Sequence record: SRR22947725_824
Direction: 5' to 3' (one strand)
Length of the DNA: 33,669 nucleotides
In this document: piece by piece, positions 17,477 to 26,913 of the stretch
How the letters are laid out: each line of letters starts with the position of its first letter
Position numbering within the stretch: position 1 is the stretch's first letter
Position numbers and translations under genes: made by a program
Notes under the pieces: generated by a model
The model's input: the letters and a program-made list of their open reading frames with translations, nothing else
Database searches by the model: none
Told to the model about the DNA's origin: nothing

Positions 17477-18823
17477 TTAATTTTTAAACGGAATCTCGTG
17501 TTCATTAAATTCTATTCCATAGTCAATTAATTCTTTTAAAATTGGGTTATAAATATCCTTTTTAACTGGAAGTTGTACTCCTTTAGCTGTAATTTTAGAA
17601 TTTAAAATTGCTAATGTTGCAATTGCTAAAGGAAGCCCTACAGTTTTTGCCATTGCTGTATAGGTTTGATCTTCTCCAATACAAACCATATTTGAGTCTA
17701 TTTGATATTTTTTGTTGTTTAGTTCGTAAACGAATTTATGAGTCATTACAATCATATCTTTATCATCAGGTTCTAACGTCCAGCTTTTGCAAAGAATAAA
17801 TTCTAATATTTGTGCTGGAGTTGCATTGTTTATTGTAATAGTCTTTTGGCTACTAAAGATATCTAATTCTAATAATTTACTCCAAATAAGATCTTTTTCA
17901 GAAATATTTAATAGTTTTTGTAATTTTAATTCAACCTTTTCTTTGGCATTGTGTGGTAAGAATAAATCTACAAAATCTTTAAAAGCCATATTCTTACTAT
18001 TTTCAATTATGTAGCTATCATCTGTCATTCCGAGCTGAACAAAAACGTCCCAAGATTCACTAAAACCAACTTTTCTAATTGTACCTCTACATAGGGTTTT
18101 TACATCTTTTAATCCATAAATTTCTTTATATTTTAAAGAATCTCTGTTAGCGTATCCTTCAAAACTTCCATAATTTTTGACTTCTAAATTTTGAGTTCTT
18201 CTAAAAAGTTTATTGTAGGGGATATATTTATTATGCCCCTGTTGAATGAATTTTGCAGGCCCTCCTTGACCCGCAAGTACTACATTTCTTGGATTCCATG
18301 TAAATTTATAGTTCCATAAATTATTATCGGATTCTGGCGCAATTAATCCTCCTGTATAAGATTCAAATAAAGTAATTTTTCCTTTTTTTTCTTTAATATG
18401 ATCAATAACCTTCATTGCACTCATGTGGTCAATTCCAGGATCTAAACCAATTTCATTCATAATTATTATATCTTTTTCTATAGCAGAATTATTTAAAGCA
18501 AGCATTTCATCACTTATGTAAGATGCTGTCAACATGTTCTTGCTGTATTTAATGCAGTCTTTTGCCACCATTAAATGGAATCTAGCAGGCAGCATAGAAA
18601 TTACAATATCTGCTGCAAGAATTTCTTTTTCTCTGGAATTGTCATTAAATACATCAAGTTTTATTGCCTTAGAATTAGAATGGTTATTTAATAATATTTT
18701 TATTTTTGCAATATGTTTATCTGCAACTATTACAAATAAATTTTCTTTTTCAGATTTGCTTAACAGGTATTTAATTAAATAGGCAGAGGATTTTCCGGAA
18801 CCAATTATTAGTATCTTTCTCAT
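17477..18823 (-). CDS. Saccharopine dehydrogenase/reductase family protein
   Basis: Rossmann IIGSGKS, TASY, NEIGLDPGIDHMSA, YKFTWNP, YANRDS, RGTIR and TAMAKTVGLP. Confidence 0.9.
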   Translation of the reverse strand: MRKILIIGSGKSSAYLIKYLLSKSEKENLFVIVADKHIAKIKILLNNHSNSKAIKLDVFNDNSREKEILAADIVISMLPARFHLMVAKDCIKYSKNMLTASYISDEMLALNNSAIEKDIIIMNEIGLDPGIDHMSAMKVIDHIKEKKGKITLFESYTGGLIAPESDNNLWNYKFTWNPRNVVLAGQGGPAKFIQQGHNKYIPYNKLFRRTQNLEVKNYGSFEGYANRDSLKYKEIYGLKDVKTLCRGTIRKVGFSESWDVFVQLGMTDDSYIIENSKNMAFKDFVDLFLPHNAKEKVELKLQKLLNISEKDLIWSKLLELDIFSSQKTITINNATPAQILEFILCKSWTLEPDDKDMIVMTHKFVYELNNKKYQIDSNMVCIGEDQTYTAMAKTVGLPLAIATLAILNSKITAKGVQLPVKKDIYNPILKELIDYGIEFNEHEIPFKN

Positions 18824-18900
18824 AAATATAAAAGTAATATTATAAATTTAATATTCTAATATTTCAAGTCTTTATATAATTCATTTTCTTAATAAATTCA

Positions 18901-18908
18901 TACATTTG
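18901..18908 (+). promoter_or_regulatory. -7 promoter element (TACATTTG) for pckA
   Basis: Exact TAnnTTTG ending 26 nt upstream of the ATG. Confidence 0.6.
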
Positions 18909-18934
18909 ATATTAGATGCATTTAAAGAAAATAA

Positions 18935-20515
18935 ATGAATTTAGATAAATACGGATTACTTAAATCTAATGTTTACTATCAGACTCCAGTTAATAAGCTA
19001 CAAGAAATTATAGTTAATCAAAAACAGGGATTTATTGTTGATTCCGGAGCGTTATCTATATATACTGGTAAATTTACTGGGAGATCTCCAAAAGACAGAT
19101 ATATTGTTAAAGATAAAATCACAAAAGATAAAGTCTGGTGGGGTGAGATTAACATTCCAATTACTGAATCTTATTTTGAAAAATTATATCTCAAAATAAC
19201 CAACTATTTATCTGGAAAGGATTTGTATGTTAGAGATAGTTATGTCTGTTCATTAGAGTCAGCAAGACTTAATATTAGAACAATCTGTGAATTACCTAGT
19301 AGTGATTTTTTTGCTAACAATATGTTCTTAAGGTTAGATAAAAAAACTGTTAAAAATTTTCAGGAGGATTGGCTTTTAATTAATGCACCGGGATTTAAAT
19401 CTAATCCAAAAATTGATGGAACAAGAAGCGAAAATTTTGCTATAATAAATTTTTCAAAAAAAATTATAATTATTGGTGGAACAGGATATACGGGAGAAAT
19501 AAAAAAATCTATTTTTTCTGTCCTAAACTTCATCCTCCCTGTTAACCAAGATATTTTACCTATGCATTGCAGTGCAAATGTTGGTAAAGATGAGGACACT
19601 GCAATTTTCTTTGGTTTATCTGGTACGGGTAAGACAACTCTTTCAGCTGATCCAAGCAGGCAATTAATAGGAGATGATGAGCATGGTTGGAGTAAAAACC
19701 AACAGGTTTTTAATTTTGAAGGAGGTTGTTATGCAAAAGTCATTAATTTAAATAAAGAAATTGAACCAGATATTTACAAGGCTATTAAGAAAGGATCTCT
19801 TTTAGAGAATATCATTGCTGATAAAAATGGTAAAGTTGACTTTAGAGACACTTCAATTACTCAAAATACAAGAGTTAGTTATCCAATTAATTTTATCGAA
19901 AACATCAAATTTCCTTCAATCGGAAATACTCCAAAAAACATTTTTTTTCTAACAGCTGATGCTTTTGGTGTTTTACCTCCAATATCTAAACTGTCTTCTA
20001 GTCAAGCTGCTTATCATTTTATTTCAGGTTATACTAGTAAGGTTGCAGGAACTGAAGCTGGGGTAGTCGAGCCACAACCATCTTTTTCTGCCTGTTTTGG
20101 AGCACCTTTTATGCCTTTACACCCTGCTAAGTATGCGCAAATGTTGATAAAAAAAATTAAAGAGTCGGGAGTTAAAGTTTGGTTAGTCAATACTGGTTGG
20201 ACAGGAGGCCCATATGGAATAGGCAAAAGAATGGAATTAAAATATACAAGGGCTATGATAAATGCTGCCTTAAGTGGTGAACTTGAAGAGGCTAATAAAG
20301 ATAATTATCATATTCATTCTGTTTTTAATTTAAACCAGCCGAGAATTTGTCCAAATGTTCCCACTTCTGTTTTAAGTCCAAGAAAAACATGGAACGATGA
20401 TGTTAATTATTATAAAACTGCTTATAAATTAGCAAATTCATTTGTTACTAATTTCAAACAGTTTGAATCCTATTCAAATAATGAAATCATGTCAGGAGCT
20501 CCAAACGGAAAATAA
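18935..20515 (+). CDS. pckA: Phosphoenolpyruvate carboxykinase (ATP)
   Basis: TGRSPKD, YTGEIKKS, MHCSAN, GLSGTGKTTLS, LIGDDEHGW and FEGGCYAK. Confidence 0.97.
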   Translation: MNLDKYGLLKSNVYYQTPVNKLQEIIVNQKQGFIVDSGALSIYTGKFTGRSPKDRYIVKDKITKDKVWWGEINIPITESYFEKLYLKITNYLSGKDLYVRDSYVCSLESARLNIRTICELPSSDFFANNMFLRLDKKTVKNFQEDWLLINAPGFKSNPKIDGTRSENFAIINFSKKIIIIGGTGYTGEIKKSIFSVLNFILPVNQDILPMHCSANVGKDEDTAIFFGLSGTGKTTLSADPSRQLIGDDEHGWSKNQQVFNFEGGCYAKVINLNKEIEPDIYKAIKKGSLLENIIADKNGKVDFRDTSITQNTRVSYPINFIENIKFPSIGNTPKNIFFLTADAFGVLPPISKLSSSQAAYHFISGYTSKVAGTEAGVVEPQPSFSACFGAPFMPLHPAKYAQMLIKKIKESGVKVWLVNTGWTGGPYGIGKRMELKYTRAMINAALSGELEEANKDNYHIHSVFNLNQPRICPNVPTSVLSPRKTWNDDVNYYKTAYKLANSFVTNFKQFESYSNNEIMSGAPNGK

Positions 20516-20521
20516 AATAAT

Positions 20522-21271
20522 TTATTTTTTCTTATTGACCTTTTTGATGTAATCATCTAGAGCCATAGTCATCGAAGGGAACTTTTTTGAAGGGGCAGAT
20601 ATATCAACTACAAGACCATTTTCTTCACATGTTTTTTTAGTGATAGCTCCGAAAGCAGCAATTCTTGTATTTTTTTGTTTAAAATCTGGATAATTGTGCA
20701 ATAAAGATTGTATCCCAGTAGGACTGAAGAAAACTAAAATATCATAAGAAACGTCTGCTAAATGTGACAAATCACTAATCACGGTTCTGTAAAATACAGA
20801 TTGTCTCCAGTTAATTTCTAATTTGTTAAGAAGTTTAGGAACTTCAGCTTTTAATTTATCAGTAGTAGGGAGTAAGAATCGTTCAGTATTATATTTCTCA
20901 ATCAAAGGGCATAAATCAGCAAATTTCCTTTGACCCACATAAATTTTTCTTTTTCTGTAAACAACATATTTCTGCAAGTAAAAAGCTACAGCTTCAGATT
21001 GACAGAAATATTTCATAGAATCAGGAACTTTGAATCTCATCTTTTCACAAACCCTGAAATAATGGTCTACTGCATATCTACTTGTAAGAATAATAGCTGT
21101 AAACATTGTTAAGTCTATCTTTTGAAGTCTAATTTCTTTTACTGAAACAGGTTTTACGTGAATAAAAGGCTCAAAGTCAATTTTAATTTTTCTGCTTTTT
21201 TCTAATTCAAAAAAAGGAGAGTGAGGTATTGTAGGTTTAGTTTGAGAAACAAGAATAGTTTTAACTTTCAT
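20522..21271 (-). CDS. hemD: Uroporphyrinogen-III synthase-like (HemD family) protein
   Basis: KVKTILVSQ, FTAIILTSRYAVDHYF, YRTV, YDILVFFSPTGIQSL and IAAFG. Confidence 0.75.
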   Translation of the reverse strand: MKVKTILVSQTKPTIPHSPFFELEKSRKIKIDFEPFIHVKPVSVKEIRLQKIDLTMFTAIILTSRYAVDHYFRVCEKMRFKVPDSMKYFCQSEAVAFYLQKYVVYRKRKIYVGQRKFADLCPLIEKYNTERFLLPTTDKLKAEVPKLLNKLEINWRQSVFYRTVISDLSHLADVSYDILVFFSPTGIQSLLHNYPDFKQKNTRIAAFGAITKKTCEENGLVVDISAPSKKFPSMTMALDDYIKKVNKKK

Positions 21272-21296
21272 ATAGCTTACCTTTTTGACATTGAAA

Positions 21297-21944
21297 CTAT
21301 TTTAATTCATTTATAAAAAATAAAATAGGAACAATTTCAAGAGTGCAAAGATACAAAATAAAATAAAACATGTTTGATAATATTAAATTATCATTCAATC
21401 TAATCACTTTATAAAGCCCAATTAAGTAAAGTGAAATAACAAAAAATATACTCATTTTTATAAATGTCATTGAGTTTGGGAAACTATAAATTGCTAATGA
21501 ATTCATTAAAATAATAATTATCCCAATTAATTTATTGAAGTTGTTTTTTTGTAAGTTAAAATTAACTATGAACTTACTTATACTAAATGCCCAGCCTACT
21601 AACAATTCAATCAGGTATTTTGCGTAAACAAAGACAATAACAATCAATAAAGTTTTGAAAAATATTGATATTTCAAAATTATTATTAATGCCGTATGAAC
21701 TGTAAGATAAAATAATAGAAATGTAAACACTTAGCGAAATGAGATAATTAATGTTTAGTAGGCTATTAAAACTGCTTAAAAAACTGTTGTTATTAGTATT
21801 AAATTTTAAAAATGAATTATTTAAATAAATAAAAATAAATTGTTTGAATTTAGAATTATTTAATGCCTTTGCAATAGTTACAATTATTATATTTAATAAT
21901 ATGATAATTGTAAATCCATCAAATAAAATATAGTCTCTTATCAT
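21297..21944 (-). CDS. DUF4271-family multi-pass membrane protein
   Basis: About 6 TMs; C-terminal FYFILYLCTLEIVP motif; ATG at 21944 preferred over TTG at 21947. Confidence 0.75.
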   Translation of the reverse strand: MIRDYILFDGFTIIILLNIIIVTIAKALNNSKFKQFIFIYLNNSFLKFNTNNNSFLSSFNSLLNINYLISLSVYISIILSYSSYGINNNFEISIFFKTLLIVIVFVYAKYLIELLVGWAFSISKFIVNFNLQKNNFNKLIGIIIILMNSLAIYSFPNSMTFIKMSIFFVISLYLIGLYKVIRLNDNLILSNMFYFILYLCTLEIVPILFFINELK

Positions 21945-22016
21945 CAAAGCTAAATTATGAAGAATATTGTATAAAAATAATCTACTAAATAACTATTTTT
22001 ACTAAAATATATAGTC

Positions 22017-22745
22017 ATGAGGGATGTTTTAATTATTATTCCAACATATAATGAAATTGAAAACATTGAAAATATTATTATTTCAACTATTAACTTATAT
22101 CCAACAATAAATATTTTAATTGTTGACGATAATTCTCCAGATTTAACTTCAAAAAAAGTTGAGAATTTAAAGCCAAAATTTAAAGATCAATTATTTTTAA
22201 TGAAAAGATTAAAAAAAGAAGGTCTTGGAATTGCATATGTAGCCGGTTTTAAATGGGCTCTAAAAAATAAATTTAATTATGTGTTTGAGATGGATGCAGA
22301 CTTGTCTCACAATCCAAAGGACATTAAAAGAATATTAGAACCGATGTTAGAAAACAATTATGATGTTTCTATTGGCTCAAGATACATAGAAGGTATAAAT
22401 GTTGTTAATTGGCCTTTGAGTAGAATAATTTTATCCTACACTGCATCTCAATATGTTCAACTAATAACTAGGATGAACATTAAAGACTCAACATCTGGGT
22501 ATATATGTTATAAAAAATCAGTTTTAGAGTCAATTGATTTGGATAATATAAAATTTACAGGATATGCTTTTCAAATTGAAATGAAATATAAATCATATTT
22601 AAAAAATTTTAAAATAATTGAAGTGCCAATAATTTTTTCAGACAGATTATTTGGTGTTTCAAAATTAAATGGCAGTATAATTTCTGAAGCAATATTTGGG
22701 GTAATAGCAATGAGAATAAAAAATATTTTTAATATTAAATTTTAG
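22017..22745 (+). CDS. GT2 polyprenol-monophosphomannose synthase-like glycosyltransferase
   Basis: IIPTYNE, VDDNSPD, GLGIAY, EMDADLSHNP, GSRY and GYAFQIEM. Confidence 0.9.
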   Translation: MRDVLIIIPTYNEIENIENIIISTINLYPTINILIVDDNSPDLTSKKVENLKPKFKDQLFLMKRLKKEGLGIAYVAGFKWALKNKFNYVFEMDADLSHNPKDIKRILEPMLENNYDVSIGSRYIEGINVVNWPLSRIILSYTASQYVQLITRMNIKDSTSGYICYKKSVLESIDLDNIKFTGYAFQIEMKYKSYLKNFKIIEVPIIFSDRLFGVSKLNGSIISEAIFGVIAMRIKNIFNIKF

Positions 22746-22748
22746 ATA

Positions 22749-24089
22749 ATGAAGCAGATTTTAATTAAAAATGCAAGAATAATTAATGAAGGTAAAATTA
22801 TTAGCTCTGATATTTTTATAGAAAATGAGATGATAAAAGAAGTGTCAAAATCTATTAGTTTAAAATCATCATCCGTTCAAATTATTGATGCAGAAAATAA
22901 TTTCGTAATGCCTGGAATCATAGATGATCAAGTGCATTTTAGAGAACCTGGATTAACACACAAAGCAGATATTAAATCAGAATCAAAAGCCGCTGTTGCG
23001 GGTGGTATAACTTCATTCATTGAAATGCCTAACACCAATCCTCAGGCTACGACTATTCAAGAATTAGATAAAAAATTTGAAATAGCATCTGAAGATTCAT
23101 TGGCAAACTATTCATTTATGTTTGGTGGAACAAATGATAATTTAGATGAAATTTTAAAAGTTGACACAAAAAATGTAGCTGCGCTGAAATTATTTTTAGG
23201 TTCTTCTACTGGCAATATGTTAGTTGATGATTTAGATGTTTTAGAGAAAATATTTTCTAAGACAAATATGCTCATCGCAGTTCACTGTGAAGATGAATCT
23301 ACAATAAAAGAAAATTTAAAATTATTTAGAGATAAGTATGGAGAAGATATTCCAATGAAATTTCATCCATTAATTAGAAGTAGAGAAGCTTGTTACATAT
23401 CATCCTCAAATGCTATCAAATTAGCAAAAAAAACGGGGGCTAGATTACATGTGTTTCATCTTTCAACTGCTGAAGAGACTAAATTATTCTCAAATAAAGA
23501 GAAGTTAAAAGAAAAAAAAATCACCTCAGAAGTTTGTATACATCATTTATGGTTTTCTGATTCAGATTATGATGAATATGGTTCAAAAATAAAGTGGAAT
23601 CCAGCTGTTAAAAGCTCAACTGACAGAGATGCTCTTTGGAAAGCATTACTAGACGATCGAATTGATGTAATTGCAACTGACCATGCTCCTCATACCGAGG
23701 AAGAAAAGAGATCTAAATATTTGAATTGTCCATCCGGAGGGCCACTTGTACAGCACGCACTACCAGCAATGCTAGAGGCTTATCATAATAATAAAATATC
23801 TCTCGAGAAAATTGTTGAGAAAATGTGTCATAATCCAGCTATTCTTTTTCAAATTGAAAAAAGAGGCTATATTAGAAAGGGTTATTTTGCTGATTTAGTT
23901 ATTTTTAATTTAAACAATCCATGGACTGTTAACAAAGAGAATATTTTATATAAATGCGGTTGGTCCCCTTTTGAAGGAAAATCATTCAAATCAAGAATTT
24001 CACACACAATTATTAATGGTAATTTGATATATGAAAACACTTCTTTTCTTAATGAAACTAGAGGTAAAAGGCTAACATTTGAAAGATGA
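22749..24089 (+). CDS. pyrC: Dihydroorotase (long type)
   Basis: PGIIDDQVHFREPG, EMPNT, KLFLGSSTGN, HCEDE, KWNP and ATDHAPH. Confidence 0.92.
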   Translation: MKQILIKNARIINEGKIISSDIFIENEMIKEVSKSISLKSSSVQIIDAENNFVMPGIIDDQVHFREPGLTHKADIKSESKAAVAGGITSFIEMPNTNPQATTIQELDKKFEIASEDSLANYSFMFGGTNDNLDEILKVDTKNVAALKLFLGSSTGNMLVDDLDVLEKIFSKTNMLIAVHCEDESTIKENLKLFRDKYGEDIPMKFHPLIRSREACYISSSNAIKLAKKTGARLHVFHLSTAEETKLFSNKEKLKEKKITSEVCIHHLWFSDSDYDEYGSKIKWNPAVKSSTDRDALWKALLDDRIDVIATDHAPHTEEEKRSKYLNCPSGGPLVQHALPAMLEAYHNNKISLEKIVEKMCHNPAILFQIEKRGYIRKGYFADLVIFNLNNPWTVNKENILYKCGWSPFEGKSFKSRISHTIINGNLIYENTSFLNETRGKRLTFER

Positions 24090-24559
24090 ATAAATTAAAT
24101 CTTATAATTATTTTGAGTTTAGTTTTAGGTTGCAATAATTCCCTAAATCAAGAACCTATACCACCAGAGAATTTAATCTCTAAAGAAAAAATGATTGATA
24201 TTATTTATGATATGACTTTAATTAATGTAGCTAAAGGTGTTAATAAAAGTATTTTAGAAAATAATGGAATAATACCTGAGCAATATCTTTTTAATAAACA
24301 CTCTATAGATAGTATATTATTTGCAAAGAGTAATGAATACTACTCATATGATTTAAAAACTTATCAAACAATTTATGATAAGGTAAAAATCAAACTTGAA
24401 AAAAATAAAAATATTATTAATGATAGTATTGATATCCTAAAACAAATTTCTGGTGAACTGAGTAAAAAACTAATTAAAGAAAGTAAAAAAAATAAAATAT
24501 TAATTGATACTATTAAAATTGATAGTATTAGTAAAATAAAATTAATTAATTCAAATTAG
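24086..24559 (+). CDS. DUF4296-family lipoprotein
   Basis: Lipobox VLG-C16; PENLISKEKMIDIIYD and FAKSNEYY. Confidence 0.75.
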   Translation: MNKLNLIIILSLVLGCNNSLNQEPIPPENLISKEKMIDIIYDMTLINVAKGVNKSILENNGIIPEQYLFNKHSIDSILFAKSNEYYSYDLKTYQTIYDKVKIKLEKNKNIINDSIDILKQISGELSKKLIKESKKNKILIDTIKIDSISKIKLINSN

Positions 24560-24601
24560 TATTGCTTATTTTTACATTTTGTTATAACAACTGAATAATT
24601 G

Positions 24602-25894
24602 ATGAAAAATTTTATTGAAGAAATTAGATGGAGGGGGATGATTCATGATGAAATGCCTGGCATCAATGATCATTTAAGTGACTCATTTAGAGTTTCTTAC
24701 ACTGGATTCGATCCAACTTCTGATTCTCTTCATATTGGGAGCCTTGTGCCTATTATGCTACTAGCTCATTTTCAACGCTCTGGCCATAAGCCTATCGTTT
24801 TAATAGGTGGTGCAACAGGTATGATCGGAGATCCGTCTGGAAAATCTTCTGAGAGAAATTTGTTAGATGAAATAACATTATCTAAAAATCAAAAAGCAAT
24901 AAAAAAACAGTTGTCTCATTTTTTAGATTTTGATTCTAAAGAAAAAAATAGTGCATTAATTCTCAACAATTTTGATTGGATGAGTAAATTCACATTGTTA
25001 GAATTTATTCGTGATATAGGAAAGCATATTTCTGTTAACTATATGATGTCTAAAGATTCTGTTAAAAATAGAATTTCGTCAGAATCTTCCGCAGGAATGA
25101 GTTTTACGGAGTTTACTTATCAGCTTGTTCAAGGATATGATTTTTTACATTTGTATAAAAATTACAAATGTACAATTCAAATGGGTGGTAGTGATCAATG
25201 GGGTAATATTACAACAGGAACAGAATTAATAAGAAGAGTAGATTCAGGAAAAGGATATGCATTAACTTGTCCACTCATTACTAAATCTGATGGATCAAAA
25301 TTTGGTAAAACTGAAGGAGGAAACATTTGGCTAGATCCTAACAAAACTTCAGTATTTAAATTTTATCAATATTGGTTAAATACTAGTGATTTAGATGCAG
25401 AAAAATATATAAAAATATTTACTTTCTTAAGCGAGAAAGAAATTGCTAATCTAATTAATGAGCATAAATTAGAACCACATAAAAGATTACTACAAAAAGT
25501 TTTAGCAAAAGAAATAACAATAATTGTTCATTCTCTAAATTCATTTAAACAGGCTGAACAGGCATCTTCTATATTATATAGCAAGACATTTAAACATGAT
25601 ATTCAACTTATCGATGAAAGTACTTTTTTAGAGGTATTTGAAGGGGTTCCATTTGCAGAAATTAATAAAGACGAATTATTAAATGGAATTGATATGATAT
25701 CTGCTTTATCCTCCAAAACAGATTTTTTGAATTCAAATTCAGAAGCAAGGAGGGCCATCAAAGAAAATTCAATTTCGATTAATAAATCTAAAGTCAAAGA
25801 GGATTATTTAATTCAAACTAAAGATTTGATTAATGACAAATATGTAATAATTAATAAAGGTAAAAGAAACACCTACATAATAAAATTCATATAA
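24602..25894 (+). CDS. tyrS: Tyrosine--tRNA ligase
   Basis: GFDPTSDSLHIGS, QGYDF, QMGGSDQWGN, KFGKT and a C-terminal S4-like domain; ATG at 24602. Confidence 0.98.
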   Translation: MKNFIEEIRWRGMIHDEMPGINDHLSDSFRVSYTGFDPTSDSLHIGSLVPIMLLAHFQRSGHKPIVLIGGATGMIGDPSGKSSERNLLDEITLSKNQKAIKKQLSHFLDFDSKEKNSALILNNFDWMSKFTLLEFIRDIGKHISVNYMMSKDSVKNRISSESSAGMSFTEFTYQLVQGYDFLHLYKNYKCTIQMGGSDQWGNITTGTELIRRVDSGKGYALTCPLITKSDGSKFGKTEGGNIWLDPNKTSVFKFYQYWLNTSDLDAEKYIKIFTFLSEKEIANLINEHKLEPHKRLLQKVLAKEITIIVHSLNSFKQAEQASSILYSKTFKHDIQLIDESTFLEVFEGVPFAEINKDELLNGIDMISALSSKTDFLNSNSEARRAIKENSISINKSKVKEDYLIQTKDLINDKYVIINKGKRNTYIIKFI

Positions 25895-25898
25895 AAAC

Positions 25899-26870
25899 TT
25901 AAACCATTTGATTACAACCTCGAATATCTGAATTATCAAATCTGCCAAGAATTTCAAACTCACTTTTACTTTTATTCCTACCCAAATCTTCAGTAGCAAT
26001 AAATGAACATGAATTAATATTTGCTAAATCAATTATATTTACTCCCCCAGTTGAACCATTATTTTTAAAAGATAAGGCATCTTGTGGCTCTCTAATGAGC
26101 ACTTTCATCCATGGTGGACACTGAAAAACTCCATTCTTTTGTGAATAAGCTTGTGAAAGTAACTCAGTCATCCCATACTCACTGCAAACTAGATCAGTAC
26201 CAAAGCCTTGTTTTATTATTAAATGCAGTTCTTCTCTTATTATTTCTTTTCTTCTCCCTTTCATTCCACCAGTTTCTATTATAGTCAAATTAGGTAATTG
26301 AAACGTAAATTTTTCTAATAAATTTAACAAAGCAAAAGTGACGCCGAACAATAAAACTTTTTGATTTTTTAGAGCTATTAATTTATTTCGTAATTCATCA
26401 TAATTATTGAGATAAAAACCACTATCCTGCTTATTAGTTTTTAATATTAATTTATTTATCATATAAATTAATGATGAATTTTTATTCTCTAAATATGAAG
26501 GTAGTAATGCTAAAATTGTATATTCCTTAATATCTCCAAAAAAATATTTAAATGAACTTTCAAAACTAGATTCATATAGTTTGAGATCAATTATATGGTG
26601 TTTGCTAAAATTAGTTTTTGTAGTACCACTACTAATAAATGTTTTTTCTATGGATTTATTAGAACTTAAAACTTTATGAGATTTAAAAAACTTAACAGGC
26701 AGGAAAGGTATTTGTTTTGAATTTGTGACATCACATGGATTTTTATTAATTAAATCACAAAATGATCTATAGATATTATTATTATTAAATTGAAATTCAA
26801 ATATTTTATTTGCCATTAATTCAAATTCATCTTCAGTTTTTATTTTAAAAATATCTTTAATGTTTATCAT
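25899..26870 (-). CDS. LuxE-like acyl-protein synthetase ('acyl transferase')
   Basis: IPFLP, SSGTT, ETGGMKG, SEYGMTEL, ATEDLG and GRFDNSDIRGCN; start at ATG 26870 preferred. Confidence 0.85.
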   Translation of the reverse strand: MINIKDIFKIKTEDEFELMANKIFEFQFNNNNIYRSFCDLINKNPCDVTNSKQIPFLPVKFFKSHKVLSSNKSIEKTFISSGTTKTNFSKHHIIDLKLYESSFESSFKYFFGDIKEYTILALLPSYLENKNSSLIYMINKLILKTNKQDSGFYLNNYDELRNKLIALKNQKVLLFGVTFALLNLLEKFTFQLPNLTIIETGGMKGRRKEIIREELHLIIKQGFGTDLVCSEYGMTELLSQAYSQKNGVFQCPPWMKVLIREPQDALSFKNNGSTGGVNIIDLANINSCSFIATEDLGRNKSKSEFEILGRFDNSDIRGCNQMV

Positions 26871-26913
26871 ATATTCAAAAGTATTTAAAATAATATACAT
26901 CGTAATAAAATTG

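Noticed and set aside
18835-18863. TAATATT repeats and AATATTA-N6-TAATATT palindrome between the saccharopine dehydrogenase and pckA
   Set aside because: Pure A/T motif in very AT-rich DNA; cannot be separated from chance, although an Lrp site is conceivable.
24400-24545. Imperfect internal repeat at the DUF4296 C-terminus (KNKNIINDSI / KNKILIDTI / KIDSI)
   Set aside because: Low-complexity K/I/N/D-rich tail typical of AT-biased coding; not a clean tandem repeat.
25899-26870. Bioluminescence locus
   Set aside because: Only a luxE-like gene is present; no luciferase or luxCD.
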